From positions 5,248,001 through 5,312,000 of the forward strand of contig CAWIAD010000002.1 in NCBI GenBank assembly GCA_963833985.1: a stretch of 64,000 nt of DNA. Direction: 5' to 3'. Positions 33,001-45,245 of this stretch are shown here, one piece after another. Source of the stretch: an uncultured Planctomycetaceae bacterium (lineage in GTDB: Bacteria; Planctomycetota; Planctomycetia; Isosphaerales; Isosphaeraceae). A program made the translations under genes and the position numbers. The notes under the pieces were generated by a model, which saw nothing but the letters and a program-made list of their open reading frames with translations, did not search any database and was not told where the DNA came from. Every line of letters starts with the position of its first letter. Within the stretch, counting starts at the first letter, position 1.

Positions 33001-33134
33001 TGCTTCCGCAGGATCTCTGGGCCCTCCGGATGCGCATCGGCGAGGCCCTGTCGCAGGCTCATCCGCAAGCCCGCGACCGGCTCGTTGATTTCCGCACCCC
33101 CCGGCGCTCTCCGGACCTGGTTCCACCCCGATGA
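30028..33134 (+). CDS. Large secreted hypothetical protein with DUF4091/GH123-like C-terminus (frameshifts near 30785 and 32750)
   Basis: GGAGG RBS, signal peptide; AARNEYAGFQV, L.VWDFTLP, LLDEP, SIRLKAYRRGQQDVEYL motifs. Confidence 0.6.
32261..32431 (+). repeat. Coding tandem repeat, about 8 units of 21-27 nt (AQAAAPR-like)
   Basis: Repeated CAGGCCGCGGCACCTCGCGCC-like units translating AQAAASR-AQAAAPR-TQAAAAATR-AQAAAAATR-AQTAAPR-TQAAAPR-AEAAAPR-AEAA. Confidence 0.9.
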
Positions 33135-33247
33135 CGCCGCCGGCACCCGGGGTGCCGCGTGATTGTGCACCGGCCGCCGATCCGGCAAGATGACGCTCTG
33201 TGCCGCCCGTTCCGGCACGTCGTTCCGAGGTCAAGGTTGGACAGGAT

Positions 33248-36127
33248 ATGCATGCTCTTTCACATTGGGATCAATGGATTCGCTGGCTGTCCTGCCTGGC
33301 ATTCCTGGCCTTGTCGTGCGCGGCGGATGCCGCAGCCGCGGACGATACCCTGGACCTCGCGGGCCCGTGGCGGTTCCACATTGACCGTGACGATCGCGGA
33401 CTGGCCGAGAACTGGGCGAGCGCCCCGCTCGCCGGTGACGCAACGGTCCAGCTTCCCGGACTGATGCAGGCGCAGGGCCAGGGTGACCCGGTGGCGGTGG
33501 ATACGGCCTGGACCGGCCAGATCGTGGACCGGTCTTACTTCACCGCGCCGGAGTACGCGAAGTATCGCCAGAGCGGGAACATCAAGGTGCCGTTCTGGCT
33601 CCAGCCAGAGCTGCACTACGTCGGGCGCGGCCTGGTACCAGCGCGCGCTGGACATCCCCGAAGGCTGGAAGGGCCGCAACCTGCTGCTGACGCTGGAGCG
33701 GCCGCACATCGAGACCCGCGCCTGGCTGGACGGCCGCACGCTGGGCAGCCGCAACAGCCTCTCCACGCCGCACCAGTATGAACTGGGCACGAGCGTCACG
33801 CCGGGCAAGCACCTGCTCACGCTGCGCATCGACAACCGCCTGGTCGTGGACGTGGGCATCAACTCGCACAGCGTGAGCGACCATACGCAGGGGAACTGGA
33901 ACGGCGTTGCGGGTGAGATTTCGCTGCGCGCCCTGCCGCCGGTCTGGATCGCCGATCTCCAGGTCTTTCCCCGCCTGGCCGCGCGGAGGGCGACGGTGCG
34001 CGGCCGGATCGGCAACGCAACCGGCCTGGCCGGCAAGGGCGTGCTGGAGCTGGCCGTGACCCTGCCGGGCAAGTTCAAGCTCCCCCCGCAGATGAGCGAG
34101 GTGCAGTGGTTCGAGCAGGGCGGCACGTTCAGCGACGAGATCCGGGTGGAAGGGGCTGCGCCCTGTGGGACGAGTTCTCCCCGGCGCTCTACCACGTGAC
34201 CGCCACAATCGACCACGAAGCCGCCGGCGCGCGTTCCGTGGCCTTCGGCCTGCGCGAGCTGCTCACTTCCGGCACGCAGTTCAAGCTGAACGGCCACAAG
34301 CTGTTCTTCCGGGGTACGCTCGAGTGCGCGGTCTTTCCGACAACCGGCATGCCGCCCACCGACGTGGCGAGCTGGAAGCGGCTCATCGGGATTGCCAGGG
34401 ACCACGGGCTGAACCTGTTTCGCTTCCACTCCTGGTGCCCGCCCGAAGCGGCCTTCCAGGCGGCCGATGAACTGGGGTTCTACTTTCACGTCGAGTGCGG
34501 GTCGTGGGCCAACACATCCACCAGCCTGGGCGATGGTAAGCCAGTCGATGCCTGGCTTTACGAGGAGGCCGACCGCATCCTCACCGCGTACGGGAACCAC
34601 CCCTCGTTCTTGCTCATGGCGTACGGCAACGAGCCCGCGGGCAAGCACGAGGATTACCTGCGCGCCTGGGTGAACCATTACCGCTCCACGGACGCGCGTC
34701 GGCTCTACACGGGCGGCTCGGGCTGGCCGCAGATCTCGGCCAACCAGTTCCATGTCACACCGGACCCGCGCATCCAGGCGTGGGGGGCGGGGCTGGCGTC
34801 ACGGATCAACGCCCGGCCTCCCGAGACGATGACCGACTATCGCGAGTACATCGGTTCCAGGCGCGTTCCGGTCATCGCCCACGAGATCGGCGAGTGGTGC
34901 GCCTATCCGGGCCTTGCGGAGATCGCGGCCTACACGGGGCCGCTCAGGCCCAAGAACTTCGAGGTCTTCCGCGCCTCGCTGGCGGACCACGGCATGGAAG
35001 CCCAGGCACACGAATTCCTCATCGCCTCCGGCAAGCTCCAGGCACTCTGCTACAAGGAAGAGGTGGAATCGGCCCTGCGCACGCCCGGGATGGGCGGCTT
35101 CGAACTCCTGGCGCTGTACGATTTCCCTGGTCAGGGAACGGCGCCCGTGGGCGTGCTCGATGCGCTCTGGAAGCCCAAGGGGTACATCACCGCGGCCGAG
35201 TTCCGCCGTTTCTGCAACAGCACAGTGCCCCTGGCCCGCTTGCCGAAGCGCGTCTTCGCCAGCACCGAGAGCATCGAGGCCCAGTTCGAGGTCGCTCACT
35301 TCGGCGCGGAACCGCTGCGCGAGGCATCCCTGGCGTGGAGGCTCGTGGGCGAAGACGGAAAGGCCCTGGCCTCGGGACGCAAGTTCGCACGCGAGATACC
35401 GGTGGGCAACGGCTTCTCGCTGGGCTCGGTGTCGATCCCCCTGCACAATCTCAAAGCGCCGGCGCGCTGCCGCCTGGTCGCCGAGCTGGAGACCACGCCG
35501 TTCGTCAACGACTGGGAGGTGTGGATCTATCCGCCGGGCGCCGAGACCCAGTCACCGCCTGGCATCCTCATCACCGGTCGCATCGATGCGCAGGCGCAGT
35601 CCGAGCTGAACCGCGGGGGCCGCGTGCTCTGGCTCGTTCCGCCGGGGAAAGCACGCGGCGATCGGCTGGGCAAGGTTGAGCTGGGCTTCTCGCCGATCTT
35701 CTGGAACACGGCCTGGACAGGTCGCCAGCCGCCACACACGCTGGGAATACTGTGCAACCCCAGGCACCCCGCGCTGGCCGGTTTCCCCACGGACTCGCAC
35801 TCGAACTGGCAGTGGTGGTACCTGCTCTCCCGAGCCGATGCGCTGATCCTCGACGGTTTGCCCGGCGCTCTTCGGCCCGTGGTCCAGGTCATCGACGACT
35901 GGTTCACCAACCGGCGGCTGGGGCTGGTGTTCGAGGCCCGCGCCGGCACAGGCAAAGGGAAGCTGCTGGTTTGCGGCATCGATCTGGAGCACGGCCTCGA
36001 GAGCAACCTGGTGGCCCGCCAGCTTCGTTCCAGCCTGCTCCAGTACATGAACAGCGACCGCTTCCAGCCCGAGGTCGAGGTGACCATCGAGCAGGCGCGG
36101 TCGCTGATGAAAGACGAGTCGCGATGA
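33248..36127 (+). CDS. Glycoside hydrolase family 2 protein, secreted (frameshifts near 33625 and 34160)
   Basis: LDLAGPWRF, AWYQR, HTQGNWNG, FFRGTLEC, RFHSWCPP, NHPSF..MAYGNE, AHEIGEW. Confidence 0.85.
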
Positions 36128-36129
36128 CG

Positions 36130-37011
36130 TCAGATCTGCTTCGAGGGAGCAGCCGCCTGTGATGAGGGCGCGCCCTGGCCCGACGGGGCCGGCGTGGTCT
36201 GCATCGACGGGGCGACAGCCGGCGCGTAGGTGGCGGGGGCGCAGGGGACCATGTGGCTCACGGGCCGGTAGCAGGTCACGGCCACCTGCTGGCAGACGCG
36301 ATGGGGAATCTGCCGCGTGACCGTCTTGGGCACGCAAGTCCAGGTGACGCAGGCGATCTTCTCGGTCACCATCTCCTGGACCATCCGGCAGGTGCGCACC
36401 TTCCGGACCGTATTGACGACTTCCTGGACGTAGTGGGTGCGCTGGATCGGTACCTGGCGGGTCTGGGTCTCGGGGACCATGGTTGTCACGACCACGTCGC
36501 GAGTAACCGGAACCGGCGTGTAGCAGGTCTGGGCCACGGTCCTGCAACCGCACGGGTCCTTGTGGCAAAGGCCGCACTTGCGGCCGGTGGCCACGGTGAC
36601 CATCTGGGTTGTCGGCTGCATGCAGTAGGTCGTCACCTGCTGGGTCGACTGCACGGGCTTGCACACCGTGATCGTCTGGGTGACGTAGTCGGTCTCGTGG
36701 ATCGGCTTGCAGACCACGCGCTGCACGGGGACATCGACGACGTCATAAACAGGCTTGCACACCATGCGCTGCCGTTCCACAAAGTTGGTCACCGGCTGGC
36801 GCACCATCACCGTCTGCTGCACGGTCTCGTATTCGGTATGCCACTGGTTCCGCATCACTGTGTACGGCACCATTTCGGTCACACACTGGTACGCCGGCTG
36901 AGCCACCAGCACACAGGGATTCTGCCTGCACGTGTGGCAGGCCGTCGCCGTCTGCGACGTCATGACCACCGCCAGCAAAGCCACAATGGAACCCATTACT
37001 CGAACTTGCAT
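36130..37011 (-). CDS. Cys/Val/Thr-rich repetitive exported protein (YTV-type planctomycete envelope protein)
   Basis: GGAGG RBS, signal peptide; VPYTV, VCKPV, VCKPI, TCYTPVP, TCYRPV repeats. Confidence 0.7.
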   Translation of the reverse strand: MQVRVMGSIVALLAVVMTSQTATACHTCRQNPCVLVAQPAYQCVTEMVPYTVMRNQWHTEYETVQQTVMVRQPVTNFVERQRMVCKPVYDVVDVPVQRVVCKPIHETDYVTQTITVCKPVQSTQQVTTYCMQPTTQMVTVATGRKCGLCHKDPCGCRTVAQTCYTPVPVTRDVVVTTMVPETQTRQVPIQRTHYVQEVVNTVRKVRTCRMVQEMVTEKIACVTWTCVPKTVTRQIPHRVCQQVAVTCYRPVSHMVPCAPATYAPAVAPSMQTTPAPSGQGAPSSQAAAPSKQI

Positions 37012-37098
37012 CGTTGTGATCCTCCGGTTGTGTCGAGCTTCGCGTACTTCTGGTCGCCCGGATCCTGCGAATTCGTAGGAAACGGGGGACACGAAACG

Positions 37099-37140
37099 AT
37101 TCTACAATATGGGCAATATTAGAAAAACGGAAAAACTGTA
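37099..37140 (-). promoter_or_regulatory. Candidate promoter for the YTV-type gene (-10 TAGAAT plus AT-rich upstream tract)
   Basis: Minus-strand TTGTAGAAT (hexamer 37099-37104) preceded by T-rich tracts in an otherwise GC-rich genome. Confidence 0.35.
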
Positions 37141-37603
37141 AGGTCTGCGGGTTCTTGATAGGAATTAACCGCGCGGCACGGGATGCCGTGTTTCTGCCTT
37201 GGTTCGGTTGTCAGGGTGGTATTGGTGGTATGGGCCAAGGCGGGAGCTTGCCACGAAAAGTCGCTCAAGCTGATGTATCTTAGCGCGCCCGGGGCACGTA
37301 CAAAAGCTGTACTATTGTCCTGATTCGTTTTGAGAGGCGATCTTGCCCGCGGCAGCGGAGCCGGAGCGAGGCCACGCGACGCGAAGGATGTTTGGCTTTT
37401 GTTCGGGCTTATGCACGGAATGCTCGGTAAAGTGGGTATTCAGGGGGCGGGGAACCCGGCCGCGGCGAGCCCAGGTCGAATCGACGGCTCGGCGGTAAGG
37501 ATCGGACGTGTCCTGCGTAATGAAGGTATCGGCAGGACACGGAGGACGCTCTGGAAACGTGGGCGGCCCGAGTCACCGGCATCCTTCAGGAAGGCACCAG
37601 GCC

Positions 37604-38958
37604 ATGCAGATCGACCCCCAGCGCAAAGGCAAGCTGCCAAAGGTGGCACCGGCCGCTCCGTTCCAGAGTCGCGACGGCCGTTTTCACGGCTGGAGAGTGG
37701 ACTTCCCCGGTAAGCGTCCCCTGGCCACGCCGGCGGTGGTGGACGGCCGGGTGTTTCTGGGCGGGGGTTTCGGCAGCTATGAGTTCTACGCGCTGGACGC
37801 GCGCACCGGCGCGATCCTCTGGGAGTACCAGACAAGCGACGACGGGCCGACCGCGGCCGTGGTGGACGATGGCTTCGTGGTCTTCAACACCGAGAGCTGC
37901 GAGCTGGAGGTGTTGACCGTCGAGGGCAAGCCGGTCTGGAAGAAGTGGCTCGGCGATCCGCTCATGAGCATGCCCGCCGTGCGCTCGGGACGCATCTTCA
38001 TGGCCTATCCCGCCACCCGGGGCGATCGTCGCCACTACCTGGCCTGCTTCGACCTCCGCAACGGAACGGAGTACTGGAAGGAAGCGATTGAGGGCGAGAT
38101 CATCACCGCGCCGGTGCTGGCCGAGGAGCACGTGCATTTCGCGACCCTCGATGGCACGCTGTACCGCGCCCGGCAGAGCGACGGGCACCTTCTATGGAAA
38201 GAGCCCCGCAACGCCACGTCTTCACCGGTGGTCTGGGAGGGGGAATGCTACTTCAGCCAGCGCAAGGAGGTGCCCGCGGGCGAGCCCGCGCTGAGGGAGT
38301 GGAGCAAATGGAGCAGATCGCCGTGCGCGCCGCGGCCCAGGGACGAATGAAGCACTACGAGGGCACCGTCCGCAAGGCCGATTACCTGGACCATGAGAAA
38401 CGGAAGCGCGGATCGGCCACGTACGCCAGTGACCAGCACCGCGACGCCGCCGTTGGCTTCGGTCACACGAAAGGCGACGCGAAGATGTATCAGGCGATGC
38501 ACAACCTGGGCAAGGCGCACGTGCACTCGATCTGGGCCCACCAGGGCTCGAAGCCCTTCGTGACACGAGGACGGCTGTACGCGGCCCAGGGCGATACCGT
38601 CTCCTGCGCAGACACGCGATCGGACCAGGTCTTCTGGAAGAAGACGCTGGGCAAGCCGAAGGAACAGCAAGAAGAGCTACTGGACAGCACGCTCACTCCG
38701 CCCGCGGTGGTCAACAACAGGCTCTTCCTGGGCACCGTGCACGGCGAGTTGCACTGCCTGGCCGCCGGGTCGGGCGAGCCGCTCTGGAGCACGCAGGTGG
38801 GTGAGCCCGTCGTATTCCAGCCCGCCATCGCGGGCGGCAGGGTTTACCTGGGAACCGAGTCCGGCAGCCTCATCTGCCTGGAAACAGGCGACCCGGGCGA
38901 CGACGGCTGGCTCATGTGGGGCGCCGACGCGGCCCATAACGGAAGGCTCGACGCGTGA
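37604..38958 (+). CDS. PQQ-like beta-propeller repeat protein (frameshift near 38295)
   Basis: Repeated ATPAV...YALDA.TG...W units; no signal peptide seen. Confidence 0.8.
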
Positions 38959-40606
38959 TGAGCACCTCGATCATCAGGCCCACGCTGGAAATCATGAAGG
39001 GCACCACGATCCTGCGCACCTGCGAGATCAGCGGTCCGGACTTCCACATCGGCCGCCTGCCCAACCTCGACCTGTTCATCGACGACAACCGGGTCTCGCG
39101 TCCGCACGCCCGCATCCAGCGCCTGGCCGACGGCTCCTACCAGCTCATGGACCTCAAGAGCCAGAACCAGACGTACCTGAATGGCCGGAGACTGGGCGAG
39201 TATCAGCCCGCACTCTTGCGCGACGGCGACCGCATCAAGATCGTCGAATACGAGATCATCTTCCATCACGCCGGTTCGGTCGTTCACGCCTACGACGACC
39301 GGTCCGTGACGGTGCTGGAGACGCTCAACGACCTCAGTTCCGACCATCTGGTCAGCCGTTCCAAGCACCCGTCGGCCACGCTCAAGGCCATTCTGGAGGT
39401 GGTCCGGCGCTCGGCGGCGGCAGCGACCTTGGCGACGTGCTGGGCCATGCGCTGGAGGGATTGATGGGGGTCTTTCCCCAGGCCGAGCGCGGCTTCATCC
39501 TCATGGCCAGCGACGACGGCCTGTTTCCGCTGGCCGCTTACCGCTGCCGGCCGGGGCACAGCTCCGCGCCCACCTTGAGCACCACCATTCAGGACCGCGT
39601 GCTCCGCGAGGGGCAGGCCGTGCTCATCAAGGACGTCACCCAGGACGAGGTCCTCAGTGATGAGGGGAGCGTCATCTCCACCATTCGCTCGGCCGTGTGC
39701 GTGCCGCTCTGGTCGAACGACGGCAAGCCGATCGGCATGATCCAGCTCGACCGCATGGGAAGTCACGATTCGTTCCAGGAGCAAGACCTGGAACTGCTGG
39801 CGACCCTGGCCCTGCCCATCGGAATGGTGATCATGAACGAACGGCTGCTCAAAGAGCAGGCGTCCTGGGCAGCCGCTCAAGGGATCCAGCGGGCCCTCCT
39901 GCCCCGAGCCCGTCCCGCCATTCCCGGCTATTCGTTCTGGGAATGCTATCGGCCGGCGCAGTGCGTGGGTGGCGACCTGTACGACTACATCCCTGTCGGC
40001 AGTGCGGCGGAATCAGCCGGCGGCCAGGTGCGCTGGGCCGTGACCCTGGGTGACGTTGCCGGCCACGGCATGCCCGCTGCGCTGCTGATGGCTGGCATCT
40101 GCCCCGAGGTACGCCACCTCGTCCGCGACGGCGTTCCCGCCGCCGACGTGCTGGCCCAGGTGAACCGCCACGTCTACGACAATGGCATGGACGGGCGGTT
40201 CGTCACGCTCGCGATCTCTCTCATCGATCCGCAAACGCACGAGCTGACCGTGGCCAGCGCGGGGCATCCGCCGGCTCTCCTGCGCAGGGCTGGCGGGCGC
40301 ATCGATCGAGTCGGCGACGAGACTGCAGGAATGCCACTGGGCGTCTTGCGCGAGGCGGAATACAGTTCGTCCGTGGCCACACTTGAGCCCGGAGACGTCG
40401 TCGTTCTCTACTCCGACGGTATCGAAGCCATGAACCCGAAGAGCCAGACACTCAGTTTCGGGCGACTCTGCGGCCACCTGCTGGAAGCGCCCGCGGGCGT
40501 GGCGGCAACCGGCGAATCGCTGCTTGCGGCCGTGCGCGACCACGCCGCCGGCCGCCCCCAGTTCGACGACCTCACCATCGTCTGCTTCGGCCGCGATCCT
40601 TGCTGA
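38955..40606 (+). CDS. FHA-GAF-SpoIIE/PP2C phosphatase (frameshift near 39410)
   Basis: FHA IGR...VSRPHA...SQNQT; GAF SAVCVPL; PP2C GGDLYD, GDVAGHG, LYSDG, DDLT all intact. Confidence 0.88.
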
Positions 40607-40666
40607 GCCGTAACGGTGACACTCTTCGGGAGCCGCGGTGCTCCCGAGCTTCACGGAGCTGCCCCG

Positions 40667-42364
40667 ATGGCGACTTCCAGTCCGCAGCCGCAGCCGCCGG
40701 TGCTCGAGATCTGGAAAGGAGGAAGGCTGGTCGGCGTGCACCGGCTGGAGGCCGGACGTCTGACCATCGGCCGCGGCGCCGGCAGCGACATCCGCCTGGA
40801 TGATCTGCGCGTCTCTCGCACACACGGGCTCATCGAGCGTCGCAGTTCGGGCGGCTTCGTCGTCATCGATCTGGCCAGCCGGCGCGGGACGCTGCTCGAC
40901 GGCCGGCGCCTCCTTCCCGAGCATCCGGCGCCGTTGTACCACAACAGCCGGATCACAATCGTCGAGCGCGATTTTGTCTTCCGGGATCCAGCGCACGCGC
41001 AGGCACAAGAGTCTGCTCCTCCACCCACCAGTAGGCTGGCCGAAGACTTGATGGTCTTGAGTACACGGAACGTTGGCGCGGGCCTGACGCCTTGCGCGGC
41101 CAGCCCGGATGACCGCAATCCGCCAGGTCCGTTCGGACGGCTGCTGGAGGTGAGCCGGATTCTCGGGAACGATTGCAGCAGCAGCTCGGCCTTGAACCGG
41201 GAACTCGATCGGCTGCGGACAGAGTTCCCCGCGGCCGACGGATGCATGCTTCTGGCCGCGGACGCCGGTGCCGGACTCTCGGTTCTGGCACGCGCTCCGG
41301 ACCAGCCGGACCTCGGACCGGGGACTCGCGAATTCCACGAGGTCCTGGCGGAGCGCTCGCTCCAGCTTTCCCAGGCCATGCTCGTCACCGAGGTACCAGA
41401 AGCGTACCCCGACCGGAGCACCTCGTATGGCAAGTGGGTCCGCGCCTGGCTCAGCGTGCCTGTCCTGGGAATGGACGAACGCCCCATCGCGCTGGTCCAG
41501 CTCTTCAGCAAGAAGTTCCACGCTCATTTCGGCTGGGAGGAGCTAGCGAAGCTATGCAGGAGCGATGGTCGCGTTCACGATCCTCCATCCGAGATCCGCT
41601 GGACTTCCAGCGATCTGGAGCGGCTGGTCGAGCAGACCAGATCGTTGGGCCTGGCGATCGATTTCCAGCACCTGGAGGGACGGGTGGAACTCGCGGTTTG
41701 CAGGCAAATCCAGGCAAGCGTCACCCGGGCGGCACACTACGAAATGCCGGGCTATGCCTTTCAGAGCGGCGTCATCCCTGGCCAGGAATACCGGGGAAGC
41801 TTCACTGGGCTTGTCCCGGTGCCCAGCGATGACGCGCCCGCGAGCACCCCGTCCAGCGCGACCCTCGTGCTTGGTGAGGTGGCCGTCAAGGGAATTCGTG
41901 CGGCCCTGATCATGGCGGACCTGAATCTCGAGATCCACCGCCTGCTCGAGATCGGGCTGGATTTACCCGAGGTGCTCGCGCGTGCCAACGGGCTCCTGGT
42001 CGCCGCGCTGGGCACCTCGACCCAGGCGAGTGTGCTGCTGGCCCGCATGGACACGGCGAACCACACGCTCACCGTGGCCAGCGCGGGGCAGAGTTTTCCG
42101 GTGATCCTCCGCACTGCCGACTTCATGGAAATACTCGATTCGACATACCACGCAATCGGCCCGCCGCTGGGCCTCGAGGCCAACCCGATCTACCGGACCC
42201 TCACGACGAAGCTGGAGCAGGGAGACCGGGTTCACTTCACACCCAACGCTTTGGCGAGCTTTCTTCCGCTGTGGGAAGATGACCCCGACTCCGACCCGCG
42301 GCGAGGCAGCCGCCGGCCTACCCAGGGTGATGTCCCGCTCGCGTTCCTGAGGCGCAACCGCTAG
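40667..42364 (+). CDS. FHA-GAF-SpoIIE-like protein with degenerate phosphatase site
   Basis: FHA IGR...VSRTHG; GAF-like WLSVPV; PP2C-like scaffold (LTVASAG, GPPLG, LEQGD) lacking catalytic Asp motifs. Confidence 0.75.
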   Translation: MATSSPQPQPPVLEIWKGGRLVGVHRLEAGRLTIGRGAGSDIRLDDLRVSRTHGLIERRSSGGFVVIDLASRRGTLLDGRRLLPEHPAPLYHNSRITIVERDFVFRDPAHAQAQESAPPPTSRLAEDLMVLSTRNVGAGLTPCAASPDDRNPPGPFGRLLEVSRILGNDCSSSSALNRELDRLRTEFPAADGCMLLAADAGAGLSVLARAPDQPDLGPGTREFHEVLAERSLQLSQAMLVTEVPEAYPDRSTSYGKWVRAWLSVPVLGMDERPIALVQLFSKKFHAHFGWEELAKLCRSDGRVHDPPSEIRWTSSDLERLVEQTRSLGLAIDFQHLEGRVELAVCRQIQASVTRAAHYEMPGYAFQSGVIPGQEYRGSFTGLVPVPSDDAPASTPSSATLVLGEVAVKGIRAALIMADLNLEIHRLLEIGLDLPEVLARANGLLVAALGTSTQASVLLARMDTANHTLTVASAGQSFPVILRTADFMEILDSTYHAIGPPLGLEANPIYRTLTTKLEQGDRVHFTPNALASFLPLWEDDPDSDPRRGSRRPTQGDVPLAFLRRNR

Positions 42365-42435
42365 CCAGGGCCTACCCGAGATCGTGTTTCACGCCCGCCG
42401 TGCCGCCTCGCCCCGAGGCCGCGGAGCAGCTCGTC

Positions 42436-43773
<1,338 letters not shown>

Positions 43774-44346
43774 TCAAGGTCTCAGTTCTCCATCGTGAGT
43801 TTTATCCGACTCCTGCGCCCTGGAGCAAGGCAGTGCTGGAGGCGCACGGAGCCGGAAAAGCCCGCGATCTTGCGAGCGGACGCAGCTCGGTAGAGGACCC
43901 ATTCCCGCAGCGACTCAACAGGTGTGACACGTTTCCGGCGAGAATCCAATGCGGGCGGCCCCGCCCCTCCGGTGCATGGGCAAGAGAGGGTGGGGTGTCT
44001 CCTTTATGAAAAGGCGGAGACCGCCACGCGGTGCGGAGCCACGGTGCCTGTTCTCGAGGGCGCAGAAGGACCAAGGTCGGGAGCGATGCTCCCGGCCTTC
44101 GGCTTCCTCGAGACGCGATGCGCCCGGAGCGAGGCCCGGGGCCGGCCTGTCTGGCCGGCGCCCGATCGGGCCGCGGTCGGGACGCTCGCTTGCAGTGAGG
44201 GAGGAGGTTTCTGAATCGCCTTGATTCCCTCGAAAGGCCGGAGACCGCGTTCTGTCCACCAGGCTTGACGCCGCCAAGAGGCACGCGACCCTCGGGCCAT
44301 TAGGATATCGGCCCGGCGTCGGACCGGCTTGATCTCCGGCTGCATT

Positions 44347-45136
44347 TCACGGCGCGCTCGCTGCTCCGGTCCGCAACAGGGGCACAACGTATCTCTTGAG
44401 GAAAACCGGTGAATCCGGCCCCAGGTGACCCCCCAGGTAGCCGCTCGCCGCCATGCGTGGCGACCAGCGCACCTGCCGCAGCATCGCATAAGCGCCGTCC
44501 GGCGCGGTCGCGGGTACGCGAAAGCCGACCAGCCCCGCGCTGGCGGTCCGCACCCGATCGGCCGTGCCGAAGACGCGCGTCCCGGCGCCGAGGATGAATA
44601 CGTCCAGCGGCGACCAGAAGACCACCAGCTCGCGCCGGACCGCGCAGGGCGGCCGTCAGGTCGTAACCCGGCGACAGCGCGGGAGCCAGCAGCACGGCAC
44701 GCTCCACGGCCCCTTCCTCGAGCAGCTCCAGCGCCTTGACGACCACTCCCGAACCGCCCGACTTGCCGACCAGGAAGACCGGAGCGTCCGGCAGCCTGCG
44801 GCGAAACTCCTGGACGGCCTCGGCCATGAGCGCGGCCTTGAGATCGCGATTGGCGATATTGCTGAGGTCCGCCCACCAGCGGCCGAACCCGTGCCCCCAT
44901 GGGAAAACATGCACCGCGTGGTTCTTCAGCCCCGCGGCGGCCAGCACATAACGCAGGGCCGTACCGCAGAGGTCCAGCCCGCCCACGCCGTCGGCGACAA
45001 GCACCAGGGCCTCGGTGTTTCGAAGAGCGGTCCCGGAGAGACCAGGCACCGGCCAGACCGGCAAGCCGTCGGCGACCGGCTCCCCGAAGAAGTGCCGGTA
45101 AAACGGCTCGACCAGCAGCCGGGTAATGGGAATCAC
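44347..45136 (-). CDS. Alpha/beta hydrolase fold protein (frameshift near 44640)
   Basis: DGVGG, GKSGG nucleophile elbow, VLLAPALSP, then SPLD...GGHLG in ORF 44347-44625. Confidence 0.75.
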
Positions 45137-45245
45137 GGCAGCGTCTTCCTGCTTCGTGGTGGGCGGCGGATCTCGCCTCCGAGAACCGGCAGAGCACGGC
45201 GCGGCGGACCGCACTGGTGACGACGGCACAGGCGACCGACCCGGG

